64,000 nucleotides of DNA, from positions 1,888,001 to 1,952,000 of the forward strand of contig CAWDXG010000004.1 of assembly GCA_963806225.1 (NCBI GenBank), in the 5' to 3' direction. Below are positions 39,355 to 49,279 of this stretch, piece by piece (positions within the stretch are counted from its first letter, which is position 1; every line of letters begins with the position of its first letter). The notes under the pieces were generated by a model that was not told the origin of the DNA, searched no databases, and saw nothing but the letters and a program-made list of their open reading frames with translations. Made by a program: the position numbers and the translations under genes. The DNA comes from an uncultured delta proteobacterium (GTDB taxonomy: Bacteria; Myxococcota_A; Polyangia; Polyangiales; Polyangiaceae).

Positions 39355-41229
39355 ATGCGACTGGTCGCCGTGGCGCTTGTCGCTGCGCTGACGTTCGAGC
39401 CGACCCTTCTGTACGCGCAAGCCGGTTCTCCGCCTGCCGCCGCAACGCCCGACAAGAAGCAGGCTCAGGCGCCCGACAAGAAGCAGGACCTGGCGCCCGA
39501 CAAGCCGGAGGGCGGACAACCCGGAAAGCCGGGAGGCGAGCCCGCGAAGCCGGCTGCTGGACAGACGAAGAAGCCCGCGGACGAAGCGCCCGGCGCCGGA
39601 CCCAAGGGCAAGGAGCCGGGAAAGACACCCGAGCCGGGCACCACGTCCAAGGCCGGACAGGCGCCGACCACCGCCGCGCCGGACACCTGGGGCAGCGGCG
39701 CGCCGCCCGCGAACGACGGCGAGCCCAACGCAGAGCCGGAAGCGCCGCTGCCGGACAAGCCTCCGCCGCGCGGCTCCCTGCCCTCGGACGACACCGCCTC
39801 GTCGCGCTCGCCGGCCGACACGGCGGTGCGCTACACGCTCGAGAACATCGAGGTGCGCGGAAACACGCGCACGCGCTCGCGCGTCGTGCTGCGCTACGTG
39901 CCGTTCAAGGCCGGCGACATCATCAACGTCGACGATCCCGAGTTGGAGCTGACCCGCTACAGGTTGCTCGGGACCGGGTTCTTCCGCGACGTCCAGTTCT
40001 CGCTCAAGAAGGGCTCGCAGCGCGGCTACGTGGTGCTCGTGATCGACGTGGTCGAGCGCAACACGGTCATCGTCAACAACCTCTGGATGGGGCTGTCGGC
40101 GGACGCGGACGCGAGCGGCAACAAGCGGCCGCTCACGGCCTACGCCGGGCTGGACGTGGCGGAAACGAACCTGGCGGGGACGGGCATCACGCTGGGTTCC
40201 GCCATCGGTCTGGCCCAGGACCAGCTCGCCCTGCGCGTGCGCTTCCTCGATCCCGCGTTCCTGGGCGGCCACTGGATGACCAACGGCACGCTCCTCTACA
40301 ACGACGCGCGCGATTTCTTCGGCACCAAGTACGTGCTGGTCGACGACCCGTCCCAGCTCAAGTGCGCAACTATCGACTGCACCGCCGACTTCGCCGTGGC
40401 GCGCTACAAGCGCTTCGGCGGAGCGCTCGGCGTCGGCCGGGACCTTTCCGTCGCCACGCAGCTCTGGCTCACCTATCGCGTCGAGTCGATCGACGCCCAG
40501 CTCCCGCTGGCCGCGTCCGAAGAGCGCGGGCTCACGGGACCCGACGCGCACGGAGTCCGCGAGCCCATCGATTTCATGATCCGCCGCGGCAAGAGCGTGC
40601 TGTCCACGCTGCGCGGCACGCTGCAGTACGACTCCCGCGACCAGCCGCTTCTGCCGACGCGCGGATGGTTCGCCACCTTCACCGGCGAGCTCGGGCTCGC
40701 ACCGATCGGCAGCGACTACAGCTATCAACGGTTCGACATCGCTGCCTCCCACTGGTGGAAGCTGCCGTGGGACCACGTCGTCCGGCTCGAGATGTTCGGC
40801 GGCGCCATATCGGGCAACGCTCCGTTCTTCGAGCGCTACTACGTCGGCGACTTCAGCGACTTCTTGCCGGGCCGCGTGTTGGGGCTGAATTTCGACCGGC
40901 GGCCTCCTCCGAACTTCCTCGGGACCGACATCCAGGAAGTGCGCTACGGCGACTTCGCCGCCAAGCTCGGCGGCGAATACCGGATCCCCCTCTACCGCGG
41001 CCATCGCTCGGTCTACGGGATCGATTTCTTCACGAGCGCCGGCATCTACGGCGTAGCGACGCGCCGCGACATCACCGATCCTCCCCGCGGCTACAAGGCC
41101 GGGCAGCGGATTCCAATCGATCTCACGGGCAACATCGGTTTCCGCATGGACACGAGCGCCGGCGGCTTCGTGTTCGCGTTCTCCAACGTGCTCGGGTTCA
41201 TCCCCGTCCGCCGGAAGGTCGAGAAGTGA
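39355..41229 (+). CDS. Omp85/BamA-TamA family outer-membrane protein with a single POTRA-like domain
   Basis: Signal peptide, Pro-rich linker, IEVRGNTRT POTRA start, ETNLAGTG, YDSRD...PTRG, PFFERYYVG. Confidence 0.8.
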   Translation: MRLVAVALVAALTFEPTLLYAQAGSPPAAATPDKKQAQAPDKKQDLAPDKPEGGQPGKPGGEPAKPAAGQTKKPADEAPGAGPKGKEPGKTPEPGTTSKAGQAPTTAAPDTWGSGAPPANDGEPNAEPEAPLPDKPPPRGSLPSDDTASSRSPADTAVRYTLENIEVRGNTRTRSRVVLRYVPFKAGDIINVDDPELELTRYRLLGTGFFRDVQFSLKKGSQRGYVVLVIDVVERNTVIVNNLWMGLSADADASGNKRPLTAYAGLDVAETNLAGTGITLGSAIGLAQDQLALRVRFLDPAFLGGHWMTNGTLLYNDARDFFGTKYVLVDDPSQLKCATIDCTADFAVARYKRFGGALGVGRDLSVATQLWLTYRVESIDAQLPLAASEERGLTGPDAHGVREPIDFMIRRGKSVLSTLRGTLQYDSRDQPLLPTRGWFATFTGELGLAPIGSDYSYQRFDIAASHWWKLPWDHVVRLEMFGGAISGNAPFFERYYVGDFSDFLPGRVLGLNFDRRPPPNFLGTDIQEVRYGDFAAKLGGEYRIPLYRGHRSVYGIDFFTSAGIYGVATRRDITDPPRGYKAGQRIPIDLTGNIGFRMDTSAGGFVFAFSNVLGFIPVRRKVEK

Positions 41230-41945
41230 GCCGGCGTGCCGAGAGCGTCTTCGGCGAATGCATCGCTCTGTTCGGTGTCGTGCTCTTCCTGTTCGTCCTT
41301 TTCCGCCCCGCGCCCGCCTCTGCCCAGGAGAAGAAGGAGCCGCCGAAACGCGCAGCGAGATTCGAGTGGAACGCGTCGAAGACCATGGTGTTCGTCAGCG
41401 TTTCGTTCCGGGACGTGGTGGATGCCAGGATCCAGAAGGAGCTGAGGCGCGGGCTGCCTACCACCATCGTGCTGACCGGCACGATCTACAGCGCGGGCGT
41501 GCAGAAGCCGCTCTCGACGACCGCACAGACGTGCAAGATAACCTGGCAGGTCTGGGAGGAAGCGTACCGCATCGAGATCATCCGTCCCGGCAGAAGCCGC
41601 GCGGAATGGACAACGACCGTGGAGGGCGTGCTGCGCCGCTGTGCGGAGATCCGGCGTCTGCTCGCGGGCAACAGTAGCCAGGTACCCTTCGGCGCGGCGT
41701 TGTACATGCACGCGAAGGTGCAGGTCGACCCGGTCAGCAAGGACATGCTCCAGAAGATCAAGCGTTGGGTGTCCCGACCCACTGGAACGGCCACCGCGGC
41801 GCCCGGCGACGCGTTGTTCAGCACCTTCACCGGGCTGTTCCTGCAACGCATCGGCGATGCCGAACGGGAGCTGAAGTTCACGACCCGCACGGTCCTGCCG
41901 ACGGTGATCAAGCCCAAGAAGAAGAAACGGAGCGACAAGAAATGA
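41226..41945 (+). CDS. Exported protein, DUF4390-like
   Basis: GTGA overlap with Omp85; signal peptide; ELRRGLPTTI, ITWQVWEEAY pattern. Confidence 0.6.
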   Translation: MSRRAESVFGECIALFGVVLFLFVLFRPAPASAQEKKEPPKRAARFEWNASKTMVFVSVSFRDVVDARIQKELRRGLPTTIVLTGTIYSAGVQKPLSTTAQTCKITWQVWEEAYRIEIIRPGRSRAEWTTTVEGVLRRCAEIRRLLAGNSSQVPFGAALYMHAKVQVDPVSKDMLQKIKRWVSRPTGTATAAPGDALFSTFTGLFLQRIGDAERELKFTTRTVLPTVIKPKKKKRSDKK

Positions 41946-42012
41946 GCCCGGGCGCGCTCCCAGGTCGCGGACCTGCGCCTCATCGGCAAGCTGGAGCTCG
42001 GCCGGCGCGGGC

Positions 42013-42723
42013 TCAGTGGCGGGGACTGAAAACCGGAGCCCCGGCGGGTCCGGGCAGCGCGCCCGGGGCGGGATACTTCGCCATCACCGCGAGCATGTAG
42101 TAGCGATACTGGTGCCGGATGCTGTCCCAGGGCGGCGCGGGCAGGGACTTGAGCATGCACTGGGTCGCCCGGCGGGCCTGCGGGCCTTTCCACTGGCCGC
42201 TCGCACCCGGAAACGCGCCGACGCGACGGTGCTGGAAATCGATGGTCAGCACGTAGTTGAGCGTACCGCCCTTGCCGGTGCGCGGCGCACAGCCCTTGGT
42301 GCCGTGGATGGCCTTCGTCAGCGCGTCCTCGAAGAAGGGCAGATGGTCGCAGAGGTTGCCCTCCTGACCCTTCGAGCGCGGTGAAGCGCTGCACTTCACG
42401 CGCTGGACGGCCTCCAGCTTCACGCCATCATCGACGCCACCCGCGTCCAGACCCGTTACCTCGGCGTGTGACGACGGCCGGCCGTCGCGCCCCGCGTCGC
42501 GGCGCAACCCGGCGTCCTGGGCGGCGTTCTCGTTGCCGCTGGGGCGGCGCCACAAGTACAGCGGAACCGCCAGGAGCACCAAGCCGATGATGAGCGCAAT
42601 CACCAGCTGCGCGCGCAACGGTCGATCGCCGCCCCCTCCTCCGCCAGCGCCGCCCACACCCAACCGCCGCAAGCTGGGCTCGCTCGGTGCTGGAAAAGAC
42701 GGTCGAGTGGGAGGACCTGCCAT
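42013..42723 (-). CDS. Hypothetical single-pass membrane protein
   Basis: TM LVIALIIGLVLLAVPLYLW, C-terminal domain with four Cys; follows the kinase gene on the same strand. Confidence 0.6.
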   Translation of the reverse strand: MAGPPTRPSFPAPSEPSLRRLGVGGAGGGGGGDRPLRAQLVIALIIGLVLLAVPLYLWRRPSGNENAAQDAGLRRDAGRDGRPSSHAEVTGLDAGGVDDGVKLEAVQRVKCSASPRSKGQEGNLCDHLPFFEDALTKAIHGTKGCAPRTGKGGTLNYVLTIDFQHRRVGAFPGASGQWKGPQARRATQCMLKSLPAPPWDSIRHQYRYYMLAVMAKYPAPGALPGPAGAPVFSPRH

Positions 42724-42775
42724 TGTCGAGGAGGCAGACGCCCGCAACAGCGGGCGAGAGCGGACTACGCGCACG

Positions 42776-44470
42776 CTACTCGTCGAGCAGCGACTGGATC
42801 GGCTGTCCCGGCTCGGCCTTGACGAGCGTCGCCGCTAGATCGAGCGACTCCGGCATCAGACCCTGGACCTGCGAGACAACCTGCTCGACCACCTGCCGGC
42901 CCTCTTCGACACTGGGACCGGTCATGGCGACCGCAAACTTGAGGGGGCCCATGCGCCCCGCTGTCACCGGGACGATGCTCAAGAGCAGCATCTCGGTGAG
43001 CTCGACAACCCGCTGCGCAGCGCGCCGGAGCGCCAGCATCTCCAGGATGGTCGGGCGGTCACTCGCGTGACGATTGGGCCCACGGATATGGTAGCGCGCG
43101 ACGGAAAGCGGAACATTGTCCCACTCGGCGAAGCCGCTGTCGTCGGCCAGGGCCAGCATCAACTGATCGCGGACCAGGAGGCCGGTCAGCCCGTCACGAC
43201 GGTCGAGGTACGCCTTCGCGCGCTGGTGCTGCGGCGAACCGTCGTGGAAGCTCACCAGCTTCATGCGGCACTCGCCGAGCTGCGCCTCGCCGCCGTGCAG
43301 CAGCGTCACGCTCTTCTTGCGCTCGAAGCTGTGGTCGGCATAGCTGCCGTTGGTGCTGCCGTTGTCCTCGATCAGCCAGGACCCCGACTGCCAGCGCGCA
43401 ACGGCGTGAGCGCCCGAGACCGTGGCTTCGGGCAACGGGATATCCTGGTTGCTCCTGCGGCCGATGGTCATCACCGGCTTGTCGAGCGAGAACAGACGCC
43501 CGGCGACCTCCGTGGCGTTGGTTGCGAAGGTGACCAGCAATGCCTGGGCGCCCGGCACGAACGCCTCGGTAATGGCGCGCCCCAGCGGCGGCCCCGGCGA
43601 GAGGCGCTCGCGCGGTATCTGCACCTGGCTGGTGGTCAGCGCCGTCGGGTTGAAGAAGCGCAGGTGGCGTGCGGCCGGGCGTATGGCGGGGTCGTCGCCG
43701 AGGCATCGGAACACCTGCTTGACCTCGTCCACGGAGAGGCCAGCCGGCACGTCGAACATGATCTGCGAGCGCATGGGCTTGGCGCGTGGCCGGTAGCCGG
43801 GTTCCGGAACGCGACAGGTCCACATCTCCCACAGCGTCAGACCCAGCGCGTACATGTCGTCTTCGGGACTGGCACCGCCCGAGCGAAGGCGCTCGGGCGC
43901 CATGTAGTTGGGCGTGCCGCCATCTGGAGGAGCACCCGGCCGCCGCGCGCTGAGGCGCGCGCGCTCCTGCGCGAAGCCGAAGTCCAGGATCACCGCGCGG
44001 TCGTTGGTGACCATCACGTTGCCCGGCTTGAGATCGCCGTGCACGAGGCCCTGCGCGTGGATCGCAGCCAGCCCCGCGCTGGCCTCACTGGCGATCTTGC
44101 GGAATTCGTCGGCCGTGTAGCCTCCCTGGGCTTTGCGGCGGCGGATATGCGTGTGCAGCGTCTGGCCAGCGATGTGCTCCATCACCAGGATCGGGCCCCA
44201 GGGGCTCGGAGCCAGGTCGTGGACACGACACACGTTGGGGTGACTGACCGAGCGGGCGAGCAGCAGTTCCTGACGCAGAGCCTCGTCGTCGCCGGGCATG
44301 CGCGACTCCTCGCGGACGACCTTCAACGCCACGGGTTGCTGCGTGCTGCGGTCGTAGGCGAGGAACACTTCCCCCATTCCGCCCTTGCCCAGACTCTGGC
44401 GGATCTCGTACCGGTCGTTGACGACCGTCCCGTGGCTCAACGGGGGATGATTTCTCGGAGATTGTGCCAT
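42776..44470 (-). CDS. Ser/Thr kinase + FHA + degenerate GGDEF-like domain
   Basis: LGKGGMGEV, HGDLKPGN, DFG, GTPNYMAPE; FHA IGRR...VSGAHA...STNG; RDGLTGL then AGRMGPLKF. Confidence 0.85.
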   Translation of the reverse strand: MAQSPRNHPPLSHGTVVNDRYEIRQSLGKGGMGEVFLAYDRSTQQPVALKVVREESRMPGDDEALRQELLLARSVSHPNVCRVHDLAPSPWGPILVMEHIAGQTLHTHIRRRKAQGGYTADEFRKIASEASAGLAAIHAQGLVHGDLKPGNVMVTNDRAVILDFGFAQERARLSARRPGAPPDGGTPNYMAPERLRSGGASPEDDMYALGLTLWEMWTCRVPEPGYRPRAKPMRSQIMFDVPAGLSVDEVKQVFRCLGDDPAIRPAARHLRFFNPTALTTSQVQIPRERLSPGPPLGRAITEAFVPGAQALLVTFATNATEVAGRLFSLDKPVMTIGRRSNQDIPLPEATVSGAHAVARWQSGSWLIEDNGSTNGSYADHSFERKKSVTLLHGGEAQLGECRMKLVSFHDGSPQHQRAKAYLDRRDGLTGLLVRDQLMLALADDSGFAEWDNVPLSVARYHIRGPNRHASDRPTILEMLALRRAAQRVVELTEMLLLSIVPVTAGRMGPLKFAVAMTGPSVEEGRQVVEQVVSQVQGLMPESLDLAATLVKAEPGQPIQSLLDE

Positions 44471-44599
44471 GCGGGAAGAGGAGTAGCCCTCGGGTCCGGA
44501 CGCCTCCGGTAGCGTCGTCAATCTTGTCGGATACTGCAATCCGCTCTGCACCGAATCGCCGGCGCAGGCTCCAGCCCTCTGCGGGCCGGGTTGGCGGCG

Positions 44600-44629
44600 T
44601 GGACAGCGGCAAACCGCTCGTGGTATCCC
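44600..44629 (+). promoter_or_regulatory. Putative sigma70-type promoter upstream of the riboswitch
   Basis: TGGACA-N18-TATCCC with extended -10 TG. Confidence 0.35.
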
Positions 44630-44668
44630 GCCGCCCGGTGGGCGCAAAGCACCCACCCGCGAGCAAGG

Positions 44669-44845
44669 CGAGCCCGGTGACCGCTTCCCTCCCAGGACGC
44701 GGCGCCAGGCACGGGAAGCCGGTGCAAAGCCGGCGCGGCCCCCGCCACTGTGACCGGCTACGAAGGCGGACAGAGCCACTGGGCAGAGAGCCCGGGAAGG
44801 GTCCGTCGGAGGATGATCCGGGAGTCAGGAGACCGGCCAAGCTCG
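44669..44845 (+). ncRNA. Cobalamin (AdoCbl) riboswitch
   Basis: GGGAAgccGGTGcAAagCCggcgCgGcCCCCGCcACTGT, GCCACTG...GGGAAGG, B12 box GAGTCAGGAGACCGGCC; flanking CGAGC/GCTCG closing stem. Confidence 0.95.
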
Positions 44846-45026
44846 TGGCTTTCCGTCCAATCCAGGCCGGAGAGCAGGTCCGGAATCGGCTCCGCGGGGT
44901 GAGGGAGCGGCGGAACCAGCCGGCCCCGTGCCGACCTTCCGGTCGCCCCCGCTACCCAGAGAGCCCCCGATCCACCGAACGGCGGACCGGGACAACCGCC
45001 GCGGGTGTGCGGCACAGGAGGCGGAG

Positions 45027-46415
45027 ATGGCACGTCACTGGATGGCAACGGTTCTCGTCGGGCTGGCGGCAGCCGGACTCGCGGCAGGCTGCAACGACAA
45101 CGAAGTGACTGCGCTGCCCGCCGACGGCGGCGCGGGGCTCGGCGGGACGGGCGGCTCGGGCGGCGCCGGAAGCGGCGGCAGCGCGGGCACGGACGGGGGC
45201 GGCGGAACCGCCGGAACCGGCGGCAGCGCCGGCCTGGACGGGGGGGCTGGAAGCGGCGGCGGCGTGGGCGTCGATGGAGGCGACGCGGGACCACCGCCCG
45301 GGACGAATCCCGTCGGCGTCGTGGTCGTGCCGGGCGCCCAGACCGACGGCGGCAGCAAGACCCCACGTCTGCTGGTGGCGGGCACCGATTTCGCGACCAC
45401 CACCGAGATCGCCAGCGTCGACGTGGCGGCGAAGACAGTGACGGGCCGGCTCAGCGTGAACGACGGCGATGCCGTGCCGGAAGCCAGCGGCGGCCTGGGC
45501 TTCGTACTGGAACGCACCAACGGCCGGGTCGATCTGCTCGCACCGGACGGAACGCTCGACAAGGCGTTCGACGTGGCGCAGACGGGCAGCGGCAGTGCCA
45601 TCGCCACGACGCGCGCCTACGTGCCGCTCTACGACGACAACCGCGTCGCCGTGCTGGATCTGGGCGCGGGCATCGTTTCGCACAGTCTGGATCTGTCTGG
45701 CTATCTCGACGCATCCGACGGCGACGGCTCGGTCGACGCGGACAACGCGGTCTACGACGCGCAGAGCGGCCGGTTGTATCTGACGCTGCAGCGCATCGAC
45801 CGCACCACGATCGTCGCGCCGAGCTACCAGCTCGCTTGCCCCACGGTGCCGAGCCTCTTGATCGCCTTCGACACGACGACCGACACGGAAGTCGACCTGA
45901 ACGGATCGGCGACTGGCAAGGCGATCGCGCTCGCCACGGTCAACCCGGATAGCGCGGTGCTGGACCAGGGCAAGCTCGTGATCCTGTCCGCCGGTTGTTT
46001 CGACACGTCCGACGGCGGCGCGACGCGCGTGAAACAGGGCATCGAGTCGATCGATCCGTCGACCGGACAGAGCTCGGTGCTCTACCAGCCCACCAACGAC
46101 GACTTCCTGGCGCGCATGCTACCGGTCGGCGCAGGGCAGACGCTCGTCGATCGCTTCGATTCGAACTTTGTCGAGCACTGGAACCGATACCAGATCGGCG
46201 CGAGCACGCTCGGCAGCGAGCTTGTGGGCTGGCCGGACGGCGTCAGCTACGACGGCTCGGGCGGCTTGTTCGGTGTGGCGACGACGAGCGGCGACGGCGG
46301 CAGCAATGTCGCGGTAGTGCGCTACGATCTGACCACCGGAACCGCGACGACGTTGTTGTCCTCGCCGTGGCAGGGTCCGGTGAGCAGCGCGGCCGGCACG
46401 GCGCTGGTCGAGTAG
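45027..46415 (+). CDS. Cobalamin-regulated beta-propeller (YncE/BtuG-like) lipoprotein
   Basis: SD AGGAGG; lipobox LAAGC; Gly-rich tether; repeated beta-blade patterns (RAYVPLY..NRVAVLDL, GRLYLTLQR, GKLVILSAG). Confidence 0.7.
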   Translation: MARHWMATVLVGLAAAGLAAGCNDNEVTALPADGGAGLGGTGGSGGAGSGGSAGTDGGGGTAGTGGSAGLDGGAGSGGGVGVDGGDAGPPPGTNPVGVVVVPGAQTDGGSKTPRLLVAGTDFATTTEIASVDVAAKTVTGRLSVNDGDAVPEASGGLGFVLERTNGRVDLLAPDGTLDKAFDVAQTGSGSAIATTRAYVPLYDDNRVAVLDLGAGIVSHSLDLSGYLDASDGDGSVDADNAVYDAQSGRLYLTLQRIDRTTIVAPSYQLACPTVPSLLIAFDTTTDTEVDLNGSATGKAIALATVNPDSAVLDQGKLVILSAGCFDTSDGGATRVKQGIESIDPSTGQSSVLYQPTNDDFLARMLPVGAGQTLVDRFDSNFVEHWNRYQIGASTLGSELVGWPDGVSYDGSGGLFGVATTSGDGGSNVAVVRYDLTTGTATTLLSSPWQGPVSSAAGTALVE

Positions 46416-46421
46416 GCCGGC

Positions 46422-48139
46422 TCAGCGCCCCCCGAGGTCGAGCTCCTCGATCCCGCACCACATCCACACCCGCTCCCGCGCCGCAGCCAGCATCAGCGGC
46501 GCGAGCGGGAGGGTACCCAACACCTGCGGCATGCGTGCGGAGCCGCCGAGAAGCCGGGGCAGAAGCGCCATCGCCAGAGGCAGCGGCTGCCCGCTCACCA
46601 GCTCGGGCTGGAGCCGGGCGCCGCCGCGACCGATGCGCGCGCGCACCTCCTCGAGCGCGGTGTCGAACCCCCCGAGACGATCGACGAGCCCGCGCGCCAG
46701 TGCGTCGCGCCCGCTCCAGACCCGCCCGCCCGCCAGCGGCTCGATCTCGGTCAGCGGACGGCGGCGGCCCTCGCTGACGACGCGGAGGAACGACCGGTAC
46801 ACGTCGTCGAGCTGGCGCTCCAGCGACTTCGCGCTCGCCTTCGTCCAGGTGCCGGACCGGCGACTCCATGTCGGCGCGAGCGCCGCGCTTGACCACTTCG
46901 ACGCCGATGCCGATCCGCTCGAGCACCGGGCCGACGACGAAGCGCGCGGCGACGACGCCGATCGACCCGGTAATCGTCGTGGGCTGGGCCACGATCGCCT
47001 GCGCGCCGACTGCGACCATGTAGCCGCCGCTCGCCGCAGCGTTGCCCATGTACGCGACGACCGGCTTCTTCTGCGCGAGGCGCTTGAGCTCGTGCAGCAT
47101 GCGGTCCGAGGCGAGCGCGCTGCCACCGCGCGAATCGACGTGCACGACCACGCCGCGCATGCGCGGGTCGTCGAGCGCTCGCTTGATGGCAGTCGCGACA
47201 CCGGCTTCTTCTGCGGCCATCGGCAGCATGCCGAACGCGGGCTTGCCCGACGATGGGCCCGTGGACCTCGACCACGCCGATGCACGCGCGGACGCCGGAG
47301 CGGGCGCCAGCGGATGCGGCGACGCGCCAGGTAGCGCCCGGCACCTATCAGCGGCGCGCCGTCCTTGCTGCCCCGGGTCGAAAGGAGCTCGGGCGAGCTC
47401 GATCGTCGTACACCACGCGCGTCGGCGATGTGCTGGGCGACGGCGCTGTCGGCCGACCAGGGCCCACTGTTGATCCACTGCTCGGCGATGCCGCGCTCCA
47501 CGCCGCGCCCGGTCGCGAGCGCATCGACGAGCGTGTCCCACGCCACGTCGAGCAGCGCGTCGAGCTGCTCGCGCTGCGCATCGCTCATGCTGCGTGAGAC
47601 GAGCATCTCGCCGGCTGTCTTGTAGCGGCCGCGCGCGAACACCTCGGGCTCCACGCCCACCCGATCCAGCGCGTCCTTGAAGTACTGCGCTTCCACCGCA
47701 TAGCCGAGCGGGGAGACGAACGTCTCCGGCCCGAGCAGCACACGCTCGGCAGCGGAGGCCACGTAGAGCCCGCTCGTGCTGGCGCCTTCGGGCAGGTAGA
47801 CGACCACGCGCTTGCCGCGCTGCGCGTGCCAGGAGCAGCACATCGCGCAGCGACTTGGCCGTGGCGCTACCGCCGGACAGATGCTTGATGCTCGACCAGG
47901 ATCCCGGCGACCCGCCCGTCCAGAGCGGCCAGCTCCACCACGCGCCTCAGGCGCTCGAGCGCCAGCGGCCGCGGCCGGCGGTCCCAGAACGGCAGCCGGG
48001 GGGCGACCTCGACGACGGGGCCATCGACCTCGACGCGGAGCCATCCGCCGCGCTGCGCCGCGCGGCGGCGGCGCAGCGCCAGCAGGGGCCACCAGCTGAG
48101 CAGCCACAGATCGACGAGCAGAGACAGGATCAGGCGCAT
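46422..48139 (-). CDS. sppA: Signal peptide peptidase SppA (protease IV, two-domain); multiple frameshifts
   Basis: GRYKTAGE, VDSRGGSALASD, AASGGY, TITGSIGV, GGRVWSG..A...GLVDRLGG. Confidence 0.85.
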
Positions 48140-48202
48140 GCGACGCCCTCTTCCTAGGACCGGGCTGTCCTGAAGTCCACGGCCCCCTGCGCGAATCCGG
48201 GG

Positions 48203-49254
48203 TCAGTCCAGCGACGAAAGGCGCTCGGTTCCGATGCTGATCAGCCGGTCCCCTGCCTTCACCTTGAAGCCGCTCTCGACGTTGATCAGTGTCTCCGCAC
48301 CACGACGCACGCCGATCGCCAGGTGACCCTTGTCCTGGCAGACACTGGCCAGGCTGGAGTACGCCACTTCCTTCTTGCTCTCGTAGAGCGTCAGGTAGAT
48401 CTGCTGCCCGCGCAGCGTGGTCGTCAGCTGATCGATGACTTCCTGCACGCCGGGGTTCATCAGCTCGGCTCCGAGGAAGTGGGCGTCGAAGTGCGACGTG
48501 CACACGATGCCGTCGCAACCCGCCTTGCGCAACAGCTCCTGGGTCGAGAAATCGACGCACTCGACGACACTGTAGACGCTGCTACTGCGCGCCTCCAGCG
48601 CGAGCGTGATCGCGACGTTTCGCTCGTCGGATCGCGGGTTGCCGGGTTCGCGGGAAAGTACCAGTGCGTAGGCAGCGGTGTCGATGCTGGCGCGTGTCAG
48701 CGTTGCGTCGCGCGCCGGGTTGCCGCGCACGAAGCGCACACCCCGCGAGTCGCAGCTCCGCCGGCAGCTCGGGCAGCTCCTCGTCGATCGAGCACCACCT
48801 GGCGGCCAATATGACGCTCGTCGTGGGCCAGCTCGTCCAGCACGCGCAGGAGCTTGCCTACGCCGGGGAAGTTCAGGATGACGAGGTGGTCCTTGAGCTT
48901 GAAGTCGCTCATGCCGTGCAGCTCCTTGGTCTTCGCTTCGACCAGCGCGGTAGCGGCAATGCTCAGCACGTAGCCGAGCAGGCCGATCCCGAAGAACATC
49001 AGCGGGACGCCGACGATGAAACGGCCGCCGGGCGTCGTGGGGTAGAGGTCGCCGTAGCCAACCGTCGTGACCGTCACGAACGAGTACCAGAACCCGTCCA
49101 GCCAGGTCAGCTGCGGGTTGTTCGGCAGCTCGAAGTACAGAAACCCGGTCGACCCGTACAGGAGGAGCGCCGCGGCAAGCGAGAGCACGCGCAGCGGCGC
49201 GGGCGGACTGCGCACCACCCGATGGCCGAACAGGCGCATCAGCACCTGGATCAT
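48203..49254 (-). CDS. Potassium channel with RCK/TrkA domains; frameshifted near 48740-48790
   Basis: Selectivity filter TVTTVGYGD, two TMs, HLVILN, FVRGNP, RCK-C GDRLISIG. Confidence 0.9.
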
Positions 49255-49279
49255 GGCCGGCACCTCGCGTCCGCTGCCG

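Noticed and set aside
44606..44660. GGCAAACC...GGGCGCAAAGC resembling a c-di-GMP-I (GEMM) riboswitch in tandem with the B12 switch
   Set aside because: No GNRA tetraloop/receptor or P3 visible; the 5' half overlaps the likely promoter and the 3' half forms a simple GGTGGG/CCCACC hairpin. An Infernal RF01051 search would settle it
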